Shown piece by piece: positions 8,193 to 16,874 of a stretch of DNA of 64,000 nt. The translations under genes were made by a program, and so were the position numbers. The stretch covers positions 27,742-91,741 of the forward strand of contig JARGFU010000007.1 of NCBI GenBank assembly GCA_029210625.1, in the 5' to 3' direction. The DNA comes from Deltaproteobacteria bacterium (GTDB taxonomy: Bacteria > Myxococcota > Myxococcia > SLRQ01). The notes under the pieces are model-generated. The model searched no databases and was not told the origin of the DNA. It saw only the letters and a program-made list of their open reading frames with translations. Numbering within the stretch: the first letter of the stretch is position 1; each line of letters begins with the position of its first letter.

Positions 8193-10436
8193 TCAGGCCT
8201 TCTGGCTGATCATCAGGAGGGGGCAGCGGGTGGCCGTGGCGATCTCGATCAGGGTCTTGCCGAAGGTCAGGCGGCCGCCGCGCCGCCGCTGGAGGCCGAG
8301 GATCATCAGGTCGGCCCGATCGGCCTGCGCCGCCACCTCGGCGGTCATCGCCTCGGCGTGGATCACCTCGACGGAGCTGGCCCGGGGGGCCTCGTCGCGG
8401 CAGAGCAAGGCGAGCTGGGCCCGCACCCGGCGATCCTCCTCCCGGCTGGCGTCCGCGGGTAGGACCCCCAGGAAGGTGATCTCCCGGGGCGCCGCGCGCA
8501 GCAGGGAGCCCAGGAGGCGCGCCCGGATCGGCCCGTGGTCCACCCCGCCGCGGGCGGGGATGAGGATCCGGCGGGCCTCCTCGGGGCGCCAGCCCGGCGG
8601 GGCGCGCAGGATCACGACGTCGGCGTCGATGGAGTCGACCAGGTGCTCCAGGGGGCCGGAGATCATCTCCGGGCCGAGCTCACCGACACCCAGCAGCACC
8701 CGCTGGCAGCGGGTGCGCCGGGCGATGCGTGCGATCTCGCTCCAGGGATCGTCGCTCAGGGTGATCAGGGCCTCGGGCTGCATCCGGGTCTCCAGCGCCG
8801 CCGCCAGCGCGCCACCGAGCACCTGCTGGGCGTCGACGAGGGCGGGAAGCTGGGCGAGGCCCTCGGTCTCCGAGTCCAGGACCTCCGGGCGGCGCACCAC
8901 CGAGAGGAGCTGGATCCGGGAGGCCGGCCCGGGCGAGAGGGCGCTGGCCAGCTTCACCAGGGTCGGGGCGCTGGCCGGGTTGGCGATGGGGACGAGCACC
9001 AGGGGCGTGCGCCCGCGCAGCTTGAGGATCTCCGGGTCGAAGGCCTCGGAGCCGGCGTCGACGGTCCGGGCCCTCGGCGCGAGGAGGGTGACGTAGAGCA
9101 TCGCGCCCAGGGAGAGCCAGAGGGCGGCGAGGACGCCGGCCGAGGGCACCGCCACCGCCTGGTAGAGCCCGAGGGCCAGGCAGCTCACCCCGCCGAGGGC
9201 GGGCACCAGGGGGAAGGCCCGGGTCTGGAAGCCGGAGTGCTGGCTGCCCCGCTTCCGGGCGAGGTAGGCGATGCCGTGGGCGAGGGTGAAGCTCGCCAGG
9301 AAGATGAGGCTGGAGACGGCGCCGGCGGTGGCGACGTCCGGCACGGCGATGAGCACGAAGGTCACCGCGCCGGTGGTGAGGAAGATCGCCGCCCGCGGCG
9401 TGCGGCCCCGGCCCGAGAGCTCGGCGTAGCGGGGGGGCAGCGTCCGGTCCATCGCCATCGTGCGCGCGAAGGCGGAGGCCGCGAGCAGGTTGGCGTGGAG
9501 CGCCGAGAGCATCGAGAGGAGGCCGGCGACGAGCACCAGCCAGTAGCCGCTCGGCCCGAGGAAGGCGCGGGTGGCGGTGGCCACCAGGATCTCGGGATCC
9601 TTCGCCGCGGCCTGGGAGATCGGCAGTTCGGGGCTGCCCACCGCCACGATGAGGAAGAGGAGGGGGAGGTAGATGACGAGGGCGGTGCCCAGCGAGAGCA
9701 GCATCGCCCGCGGGATGTTCCGCTGGGGATCCTGGACCCGGCCGCCCACGGCGGCGATGAGGTCGAAGCCCTGCAGGGCGATGAAGGTGTAGCCCATGGC
9801 CTGGAGCAGGCCGCTGCCGCCCCGGGCCAGGAAGGGCTGGAAGCGCTCCCCGAGGGTGTGGAGGGAGGGCGGCGCCACCACCAGGACGAAGAAGCCCGCC
9901 AGGATGAGGAAGCCGAAGACCACGACCTTGCCCACCGTGGCCCACTGGCCGCCGCCGGCCGTCGAGCGCAGGAGGGCCAGGGCGTAGCCGCCGACCGCCA
10001 GGAGGGCGAGGACCAGGGCGGCGATCCGGCCGCCGAGCCAGGCGGGCGGCTCGCCGCCGAGGGCGTGGATCAGCGCTTCGAGGAAGGGCACCAGGAAGAC
10101 GGCGAAGCCCAGGGCGTAGAGCACCGCCGCCACCACGGAGGCGAACCAGACCACCCAGCCGACCCCGAAGGCCGCCTCGATGGTGAGCACCTTGCGGGCG
10201 TAGGTGTAGGTGCCACCGGACTGGGGGAAGCGGCTGGCGAGCTCGGCGAAGGAGAGGGCGGTGAGCAGCGCGATGCCGCCGTTGAGCGCGAAGGCCAGGA
10301 TCGCCGAGGGCCCGGAGGTGGCGAAGGCGACGCCGGCCAGGGCCAGGACCCCGCCGCCGACGATCGCACCGACGCCCACCCCGGTCGCGGGCAGGAGGCC
10401 GAGATCGCGCTCTTCGATGGTGTGGCTCGCGCTCAT
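8193..10436 (-). CDS. APC-family amino acid permease fused to C-terminal tandem universal stress protein (UspA) domains
   Basis: The 747-aa product has about 12 TM helices of APC type (GVGAIVGGGVLALAGVAFATSGPSAILAF...) followed by about 280 aa of Usp-like alpha/beta domain. The ORFs 8535..10472(+) and 8680..10764(-) are frame artefacts. Confidence 0.8.
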   Translation of the reverse strand: MSASHTIEERDLGLLPATGVGVGAIVGGGVLALAGVAFATSGPSAILAFALNGGIALLTALSFAELASRFPQSGGTYTYARKVLTIEAAFGVGWVVWFASVVAAVLYALGFAVFLVPFLEALIHALGGEPPAWLGGRIAALVLALLAVGGYALALLRSTAGGGQWATVGKVVVFGFLILAGFFVLVVAPPSLHTLGERFQPFLARGGSGLLQAMGYTFIALQGFDLIAAVGGRVQDPQRNIPRAMLLSLGTALVIYLPLLFLIVAVGSPELPISQAAAKDPEILVATATRAFLGPSGYWLVLVAGLLSMLSALHANLLAASAFARTMAMDRTLPPRYAELSGRGRTPRAAIFLTTGAVTFVLIAVPDVATAGAVSSLIFLASFTLAHGIAYLARKRGSQHSGFQTRAFPLVPALGGVSCLALGLYQAVAVPSAGVLAALWLSLGAMLYVTLLAPRARTVDAGSEAFDPEILKLRGRTPLVLVPIANPASAPTLVKLASALSPGPASRIQLLSVVRRPEVLDSETEGLAQLPALVDAQQVLGGALAAALETRMQPEALITLSDDPWSEIARIARRTRCQRVLLGVGELGPEMISGPLEHLVDSIDADVVILRAPPGWRPEEARRILIPARGGVDHGPIRARLLGSLLRAAPREITFLGVLPADASREEDRRVRAQLALLCRDEAPRASSVEVIHAEAMTAEVAAQADRADLMILGLQRRRGGRLTFGKTLIEIATATRCPLLMISQKA

Positions 10437-10484
10437 GAACGGGGAAGAGGCATCGCTGTGGCCTCGATCTAGCCCCTCTCCCGG

Positions 10485-12170
10485 CTAGCGCCAGTCGCCG
10501 TGGAAGCGCGCGCCGCCGCCCAGGAGGCAGGCGTCCATCGCCAGGGAGCGGCGGTTGGGGCCGGCCTCCCAGCGGGTCGCCCCGGACTCGCTGACGGCCG
10601 TCACCTTCCAGGCGAAGATCGCGCCCACCGGGAGGGGGACGTCCTCGAGCGTGGTCCAGAAGGGGTAGGACGTGGCGTCGGTGAAGAGGGGGACGCCCTC
10701 GCCGCGCTCGCCCCACGCGCCGAGGCGCTCGGCGTCGCCCCGCACGTGGACGCTCTCCCCCCACTCGGTCTGGGCCGTGGCGGTGAAGCCCACCGGCGCG
10801 TCGGGCCAGCCGGCCTGCGCGAGGAGCTCGGCGGCGACCACCCCGAAGGGGGCCTCATCCTCGTCGGCGCTCTGATCCGCGTAGCGCTCGAGCACCTTCA
10901 TCCACTGGCCGAGGTAGCGCCGGCCGAGGTGGGGCAGGCCGGCGGCCGCGGTGTCCACGAAGAGCATGCTCTCGTGGTTGCGGGCGGTGCGGGTGTCGGA
11001 GCCGAGGGCGGCGTAGGAGTAGTTCGCCGCGTCGGTGATCACCCGGATCCGCGTCCGGCCCAGGATGGCCACCTTGTGGTGCATGGCGGTGAAGGGGGTG
11101 GCGCGGTTGGTGACCTCGTAGACGTGGACCCCGGCGCCGCGGAGGCGATCCTCGGTGCGGTCGTTGCGATAGACGGGGTTGCCGTCGGCGTCGACGCCGT
11201 CGGACTGCTTGCGGTCGGTGATGAGGTAGACGGGCACGCCGGCCTTCGCCTTCGCCTTCAGGATGTCGACGAGGGAGCCGTCGACCCCCGCGGCGGTGAC
11301 GTCGCGCAGGCTGTAGACCATCAGCAGGATCTGCTCGTCCTCCTCCTGGAGCCACTGCAGCAGGCGGGTGCCGGCCCGGGGCCCGGAGGCCGCGGGGGTG
11401 AAGAGGACGTTGAGGGCGGCGCCCTCGTCCCAGACGTTGGGGACGCGCCGGTCCTCGAGGACCGCCCGGTAGGCCTCGTCGTAGCGGGCGATCAGGGCCG
11501 GGTCGCGGATGAGGTGGAGGGTCTCCTCGTTGAGCACGGCGTTGTCGCCGGGGTTCATCGAGCCCGAGATCACCGCCTCGAAGCCCGGCGCCTGGAAGAT
11601 GCGGGTCTTCAGGTGCATCAGCCCGCTGCCGGTGACGCCGATCAGGTCGGCCTCTCGCCGCCCGCCCTCGTCGAGGGCGCGGTGGTCGGGCGCGTACTCG
11701 AAGCCGGCGTCGATCAGGCGCTCGTCCATCTGGTTGTAGTCGCGGGCGGGGTCGAGCTGATCGGCCTCGATCAGCACCTGCACGTCCACCCCGCGCGCGG
11801 CGGCGTCGATCAGGGCGTCGGTGATCCGCTCGTTACGCAGGTTGTAGACAGCGTAGCGGATCGTGAAGGGGTTCTCGCCCTCCTCGTGGGCGGCGGGGTC
11901 GGCCTCCCGGCGGGCGGCGATCTCCTCGATGAGGGTGAGCTCGAGCGTGCTCACCGGATCGTCGGGCGCGAAGAGCACCGCCAGCGGCGCGTCGAGGACG
12001 GCGTCCGCGGGCAGGGGCGCGCTCGCCCTCAGGCTGTCGATGAAGCCGTCGGCCTTGCCCTCGGCGACGGGGCTGCCGTCCTCGTAGCCATCGGGGATCT
12101 CCTCGCCGCCGCAGGCGGGAAGGAGGAGCAGGCCGAAGAGGGCGAGAGCAGAGAGCGTGAGGCGACGCAT
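10485..12170 (-). CDS. Phospholipase D superfamily lipoprotein with C-terminal CBM20 (starch-binding-like) module
   Basis: The product has a lipobox (LLLPAC) and two HKD motifs (HLKTRIF and HHKVAIL). The C-terminal ~100 aa (VGFTATAQTEWGESVHVRGDAERLGAWGE...YPFWTTLEDVPLP...FAWKVTAVSESGATRWEAGPNRR) match the CBM20 pattern. Confidence 0.7.
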   Translation of the reverse strand: MRRLTLSALALFGLLLLPACGGEEIPDGYEDGSPVAEGKADGFIDSLRASAPLPADAVLDAPLAVLFAPDDPVSTLELTLIEEIAARREADPAAHEEGENPFTIRYAVYNLRNERITDALIDAAARGVDVQVLIEADQLDPARDYNQMDERLIDAGFEYAPDHRALDEGGRREADLIGVTGSGLMHLKTRIFQAPGFEAVISGSMNPGDNAVLNEETLHLIRDPALIARYDEAYRAVLEDRRVPNVWDEGAALNVLFTPAASGPRAGTRLLQWLQEEDEQILLMVYSLRDVTAAGVDGSLVDILKAKAKAGVPVYLITDRKQSDGVDADGNPVYRNDRTEDRLRGAGVHVYEVTNRATPFTAMHHKVAILGRTRIRVITDAANYSYAALGSDTRTARNHESMLFVDTAAAGLPHLGRRYLGQWMKVLERYADQSADEDEAPFGVVAAELLAQAGWPDAPVGFTATAQTEWGESVHVRGDAERLGAWGERGEGVPLFTDATSYPFWTTLEDVPLPVGAIFAWKVTAVSESGATRWEAGPNRRSLAMDACLLGGGARFHGDWR

Positions 12171-12201
12171 GGCCGCATTCTAGGCTGGCCCCGGCGATCG
12201 G

Positions 12202-12978
12202 TCACGGGCGCAGGAGCGCGTCGGCGTAGGGGTAGCCGCCCTCGATGAGGGTGCGGGCCGAGGCCTGCACCAGGGCCCGGCGCTCGGGGGTGGCCTCGCG
12301 CTTCCAGTAGGCGAGGGTGTCGAAGGTCGGGCCGGGGTTCTCCCGGGAGATGTCGTTCATCGCCTCGGCGACCTCGGCGCGCACCCGCTCGATGGGATCG
12401 TCCTTGAGGAGGTCGAGCAGATCGAGCGCCGGGTCGGGCCGGTCGGCGAAGTAGGAGAAGGGCTCGGCGCCCGGCAGGTAGGGGCGGATGCCCCTCGCCA
12501 CCAGCATCCGCACGTGCGCCGAGAGGTCCCGGGTCCAGAGCTTGAGGACCCGGAAGGTCTCGGGGAAGTCGGCCTCGACGAAGATGCGCAGCTGGCGCTC
12601 CGCCGAGCAGCGGGTGGTGAGCTGGTGGAGGCCGTTCATGCCCTGTCTCCAGTGCTCGCGGCCGTTCCGGGCGACGAGCTCCAGCGCGGGCAGGACGACC
12701 CGCCGGTCCTCGCCCTCTCCGCTCAGGGGGCGGGGCAGGGGGGAGGCGTCGATCAGGAGCCCGACCGCGTCGGCGAAGGACGCGGGCAGCTGCTCGGCCA
12801 GGGCGTCGGCCGCGTGGCGGGCGCGCCCCTCGAGGTCGAGGGCCTCGAAGCCCTCGCTGACGCGCGCGAAGAAGGTCCCGGGGTCGAAGTCGGCGTCCAC
12901 GACGTGGAGCCGCTCACCGAAGGCGCGGAGGGAGGGGAGGTCGAGATCGTCCGGCTGGGCGTGCGCGATGTCGTTCAT
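12202..12978 (-). CDS. HEAT-like-repeat protein, possibly an AlkD/AlkC-family DNA alkylation repair glycosylase
   Basis: The 258-aa helical repeat protein has segments (RVRAEVAEAMNDISRENP, WKREATPERRALV) that resemble AlkD repeat signatures. The assignment is tentative without an HMM search. Confidence 0.4.
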   Translation of the reverse strand: MNDIAHAQPDDLDLPSLRAFGERLHVVDADFDPGTFFARVSEGFEALDLEGRARHAADALAEQLPASFADAVGLLIDASPLPRPLSGEGEDRRVVLPALELVARNGREHWRQGMNGLHQLTTRCSAERQLRIFVEADFPETFRVLKLWTRDLSAHVRMLVARGIRPYLPGAEPFSYFADRPDPALDLLDLLKDDPIERVRAEVAEAMNDISRENPGPTFDTLAYWKREATPERRALVQASARTLIEGGYPYADALLRP

Positions 12979-13458
12979 TCAGGGCAGTCTGCTCTGCCCC
13001 TTGGCCGGAGACAACGCCCCGAGGCCGACGCCGGAGCGGGCCCGCGAGGGGAGGGAGGCCACCCGGGCCTGCAGCCAGGTCCCCAGGAGCATCCCCAGCA
13101 CGGTGAAGAGGGCCAGCAGCTTCCCCTCGCCCAGCTGGACGAAGGCGGTGCCGGGGCAGGTGCCCGAGAGCCCCCAGCCCACCCCGAAGATCGTGGCGCC
13201 GGCGAGGGTGCGCGCCGAGACCCGGGTGATCGCGCCGAGATCGGTGGCGAGCCGGCGCCGGGCGCGCAGCCAGACCACCCCGCGGTAGGTGAGGGCGCCC
13301 AGGGCGACCGCCCCGCCGATGACCAGGAGGAGGTGGAGCTCGCGCAGCGCGAACATCCCCGCGATGAGGTCGGGGTCGGTGGCCCGCGCCCGGGAGAGGA
13401 CGAAGCCGAAGGCCGCGCCCCAGAGGAGGAAGCGGTGGCGGTGGAGGAGGGCGGTCAT
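12979..13458 (-). CDS. YeeE/YedE family membrane protein (sulfur-compound transport), second half-gene
   Basis: The product contains the LSGTCPG motif typical of YeeE/YedE. It directly abuts the downstream gene at 12978/12979. Confidence 0.65.
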   Translation of the reverse strand: MTALLHRHRFLLWGAAFGFVLSRARATDPDLIAGMFALRELHLLLVIGGAVALGALTYRGVVWLRARRRLATDLGAITRVSARTLAGATIFGVGWGLSGTCPGTAFVQLGEGKLLALFTVLGMLLGTWLQARVASLPSRARSGVGLGALSPAKGQSRLP

Positions 13459-13967
13459 GGCGTGAGGCCTCCCAGGAGGTGGAGGAGGTTCGAGGTCAGG
13501 GCCGCCACGAGGAAGAAGACCCCGGTGGCCGCCAGGCTGGTGCGCCGCCCGAGGGCGCAGCCGACGATGCCGTGGCCCGAGGTGCAGCCGCCGCCCTGGC
13601 GGGTGCCCCAGCCGATGAGGACGCCGCCGCCGAGGAGGAGGAGGGCCGTCCCGGAGACGCCGCCGGCCAGCGCGCCGAGGCTGCCCATGGAGAGGGAGAG
13701 CGAGAGGTCACCGCCGAGGAGGCCCGAGGCCAGGCCGCCGAGGGGGAGGCCCAGGAGGAAGGCGCCGCGCCAGCGGGGCGACTCGGCGGCCGGCCCGTCC
13801 CCGCAGGCCGCCGCCCGCTCCGGGACCAGGCCGAGGAGAGCGGAGAGTCCGCTGGACACCCCCAGCCGCCGGCCCTCGACCAGCAGGAGGGCGGTGCTCA
13901 CGGTGACCAGGCCCAGGGCGGCCAGCCACCAGGGCCAGGGCTCGGAGAGGATCTGCGACCAGTTCAT
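13455..13967 (-). CDS. YeeE/YedE family membrane protein, first half-gene
   Basis: The product contains the GGCTSGHG motif. Its stop overlaps the next gene's start by 4 bp (13455-13458). Confidence 0.65.
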   Translation of the reverse strand: MNWSQILSEPWPWWLAALGLVTVSTALLLVEGRRLGVSSGLSALLGLVPERAAACGDGPAAESPRWRGAFLLGLPLGGLASGLLGGDLSLSLSMGSLGALAGGVSGTALLLLGGGVLIGWGTRQGGGCTSGHGIVGCALGRRTSLAATGVFFLVAALTSNLLHLLGGLTP

Positions 13968-14073
13968 TTACTACTAATCCTATCGTGAATAAAACAGCGA
14001 TATTCGACGACTAGAAGTTAGTAGCCTGGAAAACGGATCACAAGCCAAAAATAATTACCAGTAAATCGATGTA
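13968..14073. promoter_or_regulatory. 106-bp AT-rich intergenic island; probable promoter region for the yeeE/yedE operon
   Basis: The sequence tactactaatcctatcgtgaataaaacagcgatattcgacgactagaagttagtagcctggaaaacggatcacaagccaaaaataattaccagtaaatcgatgtattattcc is roughly 33% GC in a ~70% GC background. Confidence 0.4.
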
Positions 14074-15140
14074 TTATTCCTGGCCGGAGAAGCGCATGGG
14101 CACCCGCCCCCGCAGGCGCCCGAGGGCGAGGTAGAGGAGGGCCGCCGAGAGCAGGATCAGGCCCAGGAAGGCGGCCGGGTGGTAGAGGGCGCGGGTCGCC
14201 GGAAAGAAGGTGGGCAGGGCCCCCAGGACCAGCACCAGGCAGGCCAGCCCGAAGGAGAGCCCCGGGCGGCCCGGGAGGATGGCCGTGATGGCGACCAGGG
14301 TCACCGGCATGGTCATCTGGAAGAGGAACATCCCGGTGACCAGGAGCACCGGGGAGTCGCCGAAGTAGGCGATGAGCGGGGCCGAGAGGACGAGGGCGCC
14401 GACGCTGGTGGCGATCCAGCCGAGGCGATCCGAGAGGAAGCCTCCGAGGCCCTTGCCCAGGAAGGAGGCGAGGATGAGGGCCAGGGGCACCCAGGCGAGC
14501 TTCGGGCAGTCCCGGCCGCCGGCGTAGCCCACCAGGGCGCGGGTGAAGATCGTGAAGAGGAGCAGCGCGGCGATGAGGTGGGGCGCCGGGATCGCGAGGG
14601 TGGGGCGCTCCTCGATCGTCGGGAGGATGGGGTGCTCGGCCCTCCGGGCGAAGGCGAAGCAGAGGGCGAGGGCGAGGACCATCGGCGCGAGGGCGTAGAT
14701 GCCCTCGTTACCCAGGTGGTAGCCCAGCCCCAGCCCCAGCGCGCCGGGGGCGACGAAGATCCCCGGCGGCGTCGCCCGGCCGGGGCGGACATAGAGGGAG
14801 AGCGCCCCGGCGCCCACGTGGAAGAGGGCGTTGCCCAGGCCCACCAGGGCGATCGCCGCCAGCGCCGAGAGGGGCAGGAAGAGCGCGCCGAGGGCCGAGA
14901 GGGCGATGCCGGCGAGGAGCGCCTCCCGCGGCCAGCGCAGGCGGTCGACCAGATAGCCCAGGGGCGCCTGGCCGGCGAAGGCCAGCAGGTCGTAGGCGAT
15001 GATGCCGTAGAAGGTCCACTGCAGGCTCAGGTCGTGGACGATGAGGGTGCTGTAGACCGTCATCACCGTGACCGTGTCGACGACCGCGTGGATCACCCCG
15101 TGGGTGAGGGCGAAGTGGCGGGCGGCGCGGGGAGCGAGCA
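14074..15140 (-). CDS. Polytopic integral membrane protein of unknown family
   Basis: The ~355-aa product has about 10 TM segments. The start MLAPRAARHF was re-derived at 15140; the upstream part of ORF 14074..16023 is antisense junk. Confidence 0.5.
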
Positions 15141-15213
15141 TCGGTTCCAGGGTAGTGCGGACGCACGGGCTTCGGTAGCATCGAGGCTGCTCGCTCCCAC
15201 CGAAAGGAAAGCC

Positions 15214-15561
15214 ATGCGCTACCTTCTCGCCGCCCTCGTGGTCTCGCTCCTCACCGCGTCCCTGGCGTCCCCGGCCCTGGCGGACATCGGGCCCGGCCCC
15301 AGCTGCACCATCGACGATCGCTCCGACAAGCGGACGGAGTGCGTCGCCTGCGCCACCACCGCCGAGTGCGAGGCGCTGGGGTCGGAGTGGGTCTACGAGT
15401 GCACGGGCGCCGTGGGCGACATCTACTGCCGCCCGGATCCCGACTACGAAGGCGGCTGCGCCAGCAGCGGCGGCGCCCGGAAGCCGGTGATCTTCACCGG
15501 GCTGCTCGCGATCTTCGGGGCGCTCCTCCTGCGCCGCTCGCGGCGGAAGGCAGCCTCCTAG
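15214..15561 (+). CDS. Small secreted Cys-rich protein with MYXO-CTERM-like C-terminal sorting signal
   Basis: An AAAGGAAA RBS lies upstream. The product has a signal peptide (MRYLLAALVVSLLTASLASPALA), a mature region with 9 Cys, and a C-terminus GGCASSGGARKPVIFTGLLAIFGALLLRRSRRKAAS (Cys motif, hydrophobic helix, basic cluster). Confidence 0.6.
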   Translation: MRYLLAALVVSLLTASLASPALADIGPGPSCTIDDRSDKRTECVACATTAECEALGSEWVYECTGAVGDIYCRPDPDYEGGCASSGGARKPVIFTGLLAIFGALLLRRSRRKAAS

Positions 15562-15579
15562 GCCCCTTTCGGGGCGGGC

Positions 15580-15933
15580 ATGACCGAGCTGCCTCCGATC
15601 GGGCTCTGGGCGCAGGCCTTCGCCCTGACCCTCCTGATCGAGGTGCCGATCTACGCCGGGCTGGCGCCGGAGGGCTGCGGGCGCGCGCGGGCCGCCCTCG
15701 CCGGGGCCGCCGGCAGCGCCCTGACCCACCCGCTGCTCTGGTACGTCTGGGTCCCGCTGATCCCGGGGTACGGCCGGGCGGTGATGAGCGGGGAGGTGCT
15801 GGTGGTGGTGCTCGAGATCCTCGTCTTCCATCTCCTCACCGGCCGGCGCTCCCTGCGGCGGGCGGCCGCCGCCGCCCTGCTGGCGAACGCCGCCTCCTAC
15901 GGCCTGGGGCTGGTCTGGCAGGCGCTGCGCTGA
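15580..15933 (+). CDS. Small hypothetical membrane protein (3 predicted TM)
   Basis: The 117-aa hydrophobic product is encoded immediately downstream of the MYXO-CTERM protein. Confidence 0.4.
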   Translation: MTELPPIGLWAQAFALTLLIEVPIYAGLAPEGCGRARAALAGAAGSALTHPLLWYVWVPLIPGYGRAVMSGEVLVVVLEILVFHLLTGRRSLRRAAAAALLANAASYGLGLVWQALR

Positions 15934-16025
15934 GCGGGAGCGCTGGCTTGCGGCGAGGCCTCCGGGCATCCATGTTCGGGTCGGGCGGGGATCCCGACCC
16001 GAGGCCCGATCCCGAAAGGACACCG

Positions 16026-16874
16026 ATGAAGACCCCAGACCTGTCCCTTCTCTCCCTGCTGGTGCTCACCCTCCTGGCGCCTTCCGCCGCGGCCGCCGCC
16101 GGAGAAGAGGACGAGGGCCTGAGCGTCCGGGCGGCCGCCGAGCTCGGCTACCTCGGGGTGCTCTCCCACGAGATCCAGCTCGACAGCGCGGGCACCCTCA
16201 TCGACTACAAGGCCGAGGGGGGCCAGGAGGTGCTCTTCCCGGTGAGCCGCCTCTCCCTCGAGCTGGGCCTGAACGCCCGCCACCGGCTGGTCTTCCTCTA
16301 CCAGCCGCTGCGCATCGAGACCGTCAACGTCCTCCCCCGGGATCTGGTGATCCAGGAGGCGACCTTCGCCGCCGGGACCCCGGTGCGCTTCGTCTACGGC
16401 TTCCCCTTCTGGCGGGCGAGCTGGCTCTACGACTTCGCGCCGGGCGCCGAGCGGGAGCTCGCCTTCGGCATCTCGCTGCAGCTGCGCAACGCCACCATCA
16501 ACTTCGAGAGCCTCGACGGCGCCCTGACCCGCACCAACCGCGACCTCGGACCCGTCCCCATCCTCAAGGGACGCTGGCGCCGGCCCCTCGGCCGCAGCTT
16601 CTTCGTCGGGGCCGAGGCCGACGGCTTCTACGCGCCCATCAGCTACATCAACGGCAGCGACAACGAGGTCGTGGGCGCCATCCTCGACGCGAGCGTGCGG
16701 GGTGGGGTCGTCCTCGAGGAGGGGCCGGTCCTCTTCCTCAACCTGCGCTACCTCGGTGGGGGCTCGGTGGGCACCGGCACCCCCGACGGTGCGGGGGATG
16801 GCTACCTGAAGAACTGGCTCCACTTCTTCACGGTCACCGTGGGGGCCAGCTACGACCTCGCCGTCCGCTGCTAG
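16026..16874 (+). CDS. Hypothetical secreted beta-rich protein, possibly an outer-membrane beta-barrel
   Basis: The product has a signal peptide (MKTPDLSLLSLLVLTLLAPSAAAAAG), alternating hydrophobic patterns and a C-terminal aromatic residue. Confidence 0.5.
   Translation: MKTPDLSLLSLLVLTLLAPSAAAAAGEEDEGLSVRAAAELGYLGVLSHEIQLDSAGTLIDYKAEGGQEVLFPVSRLSLELGLNARHRLVFLYQPLRIETVNVLPRDLVIQEATFAAGTPVRFVYGFPFWRASWLYDFAPGAERELAFGISLQLRNATINFESLDGALTRTNRDLGPVPILKGRWRRPLGRSFFVGAEADGFYAPISYINGSDNEVVGAILDASVRGGVVLEEGPVLFLNLRYLGGGSVGTGTPDGAGDGYLKNWLHFFTVTVGASYDLAVRC

Noticed and set aside
8535-10764. 645-aa (+) and 694-aa (-) ORFs overlapping the APC-Usp gene, and similarly 2206..3672(-) over the MATE gene and 14179..15561(+) and 15897..16913(-)
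   Set aside because: These are out-of-frame or antisense runs typical of 70% GC coding DNA. Their translations are Arg/Gly/Pro/Ala low-complexity sequence. The in-frame genes have clear TM or domain structure.
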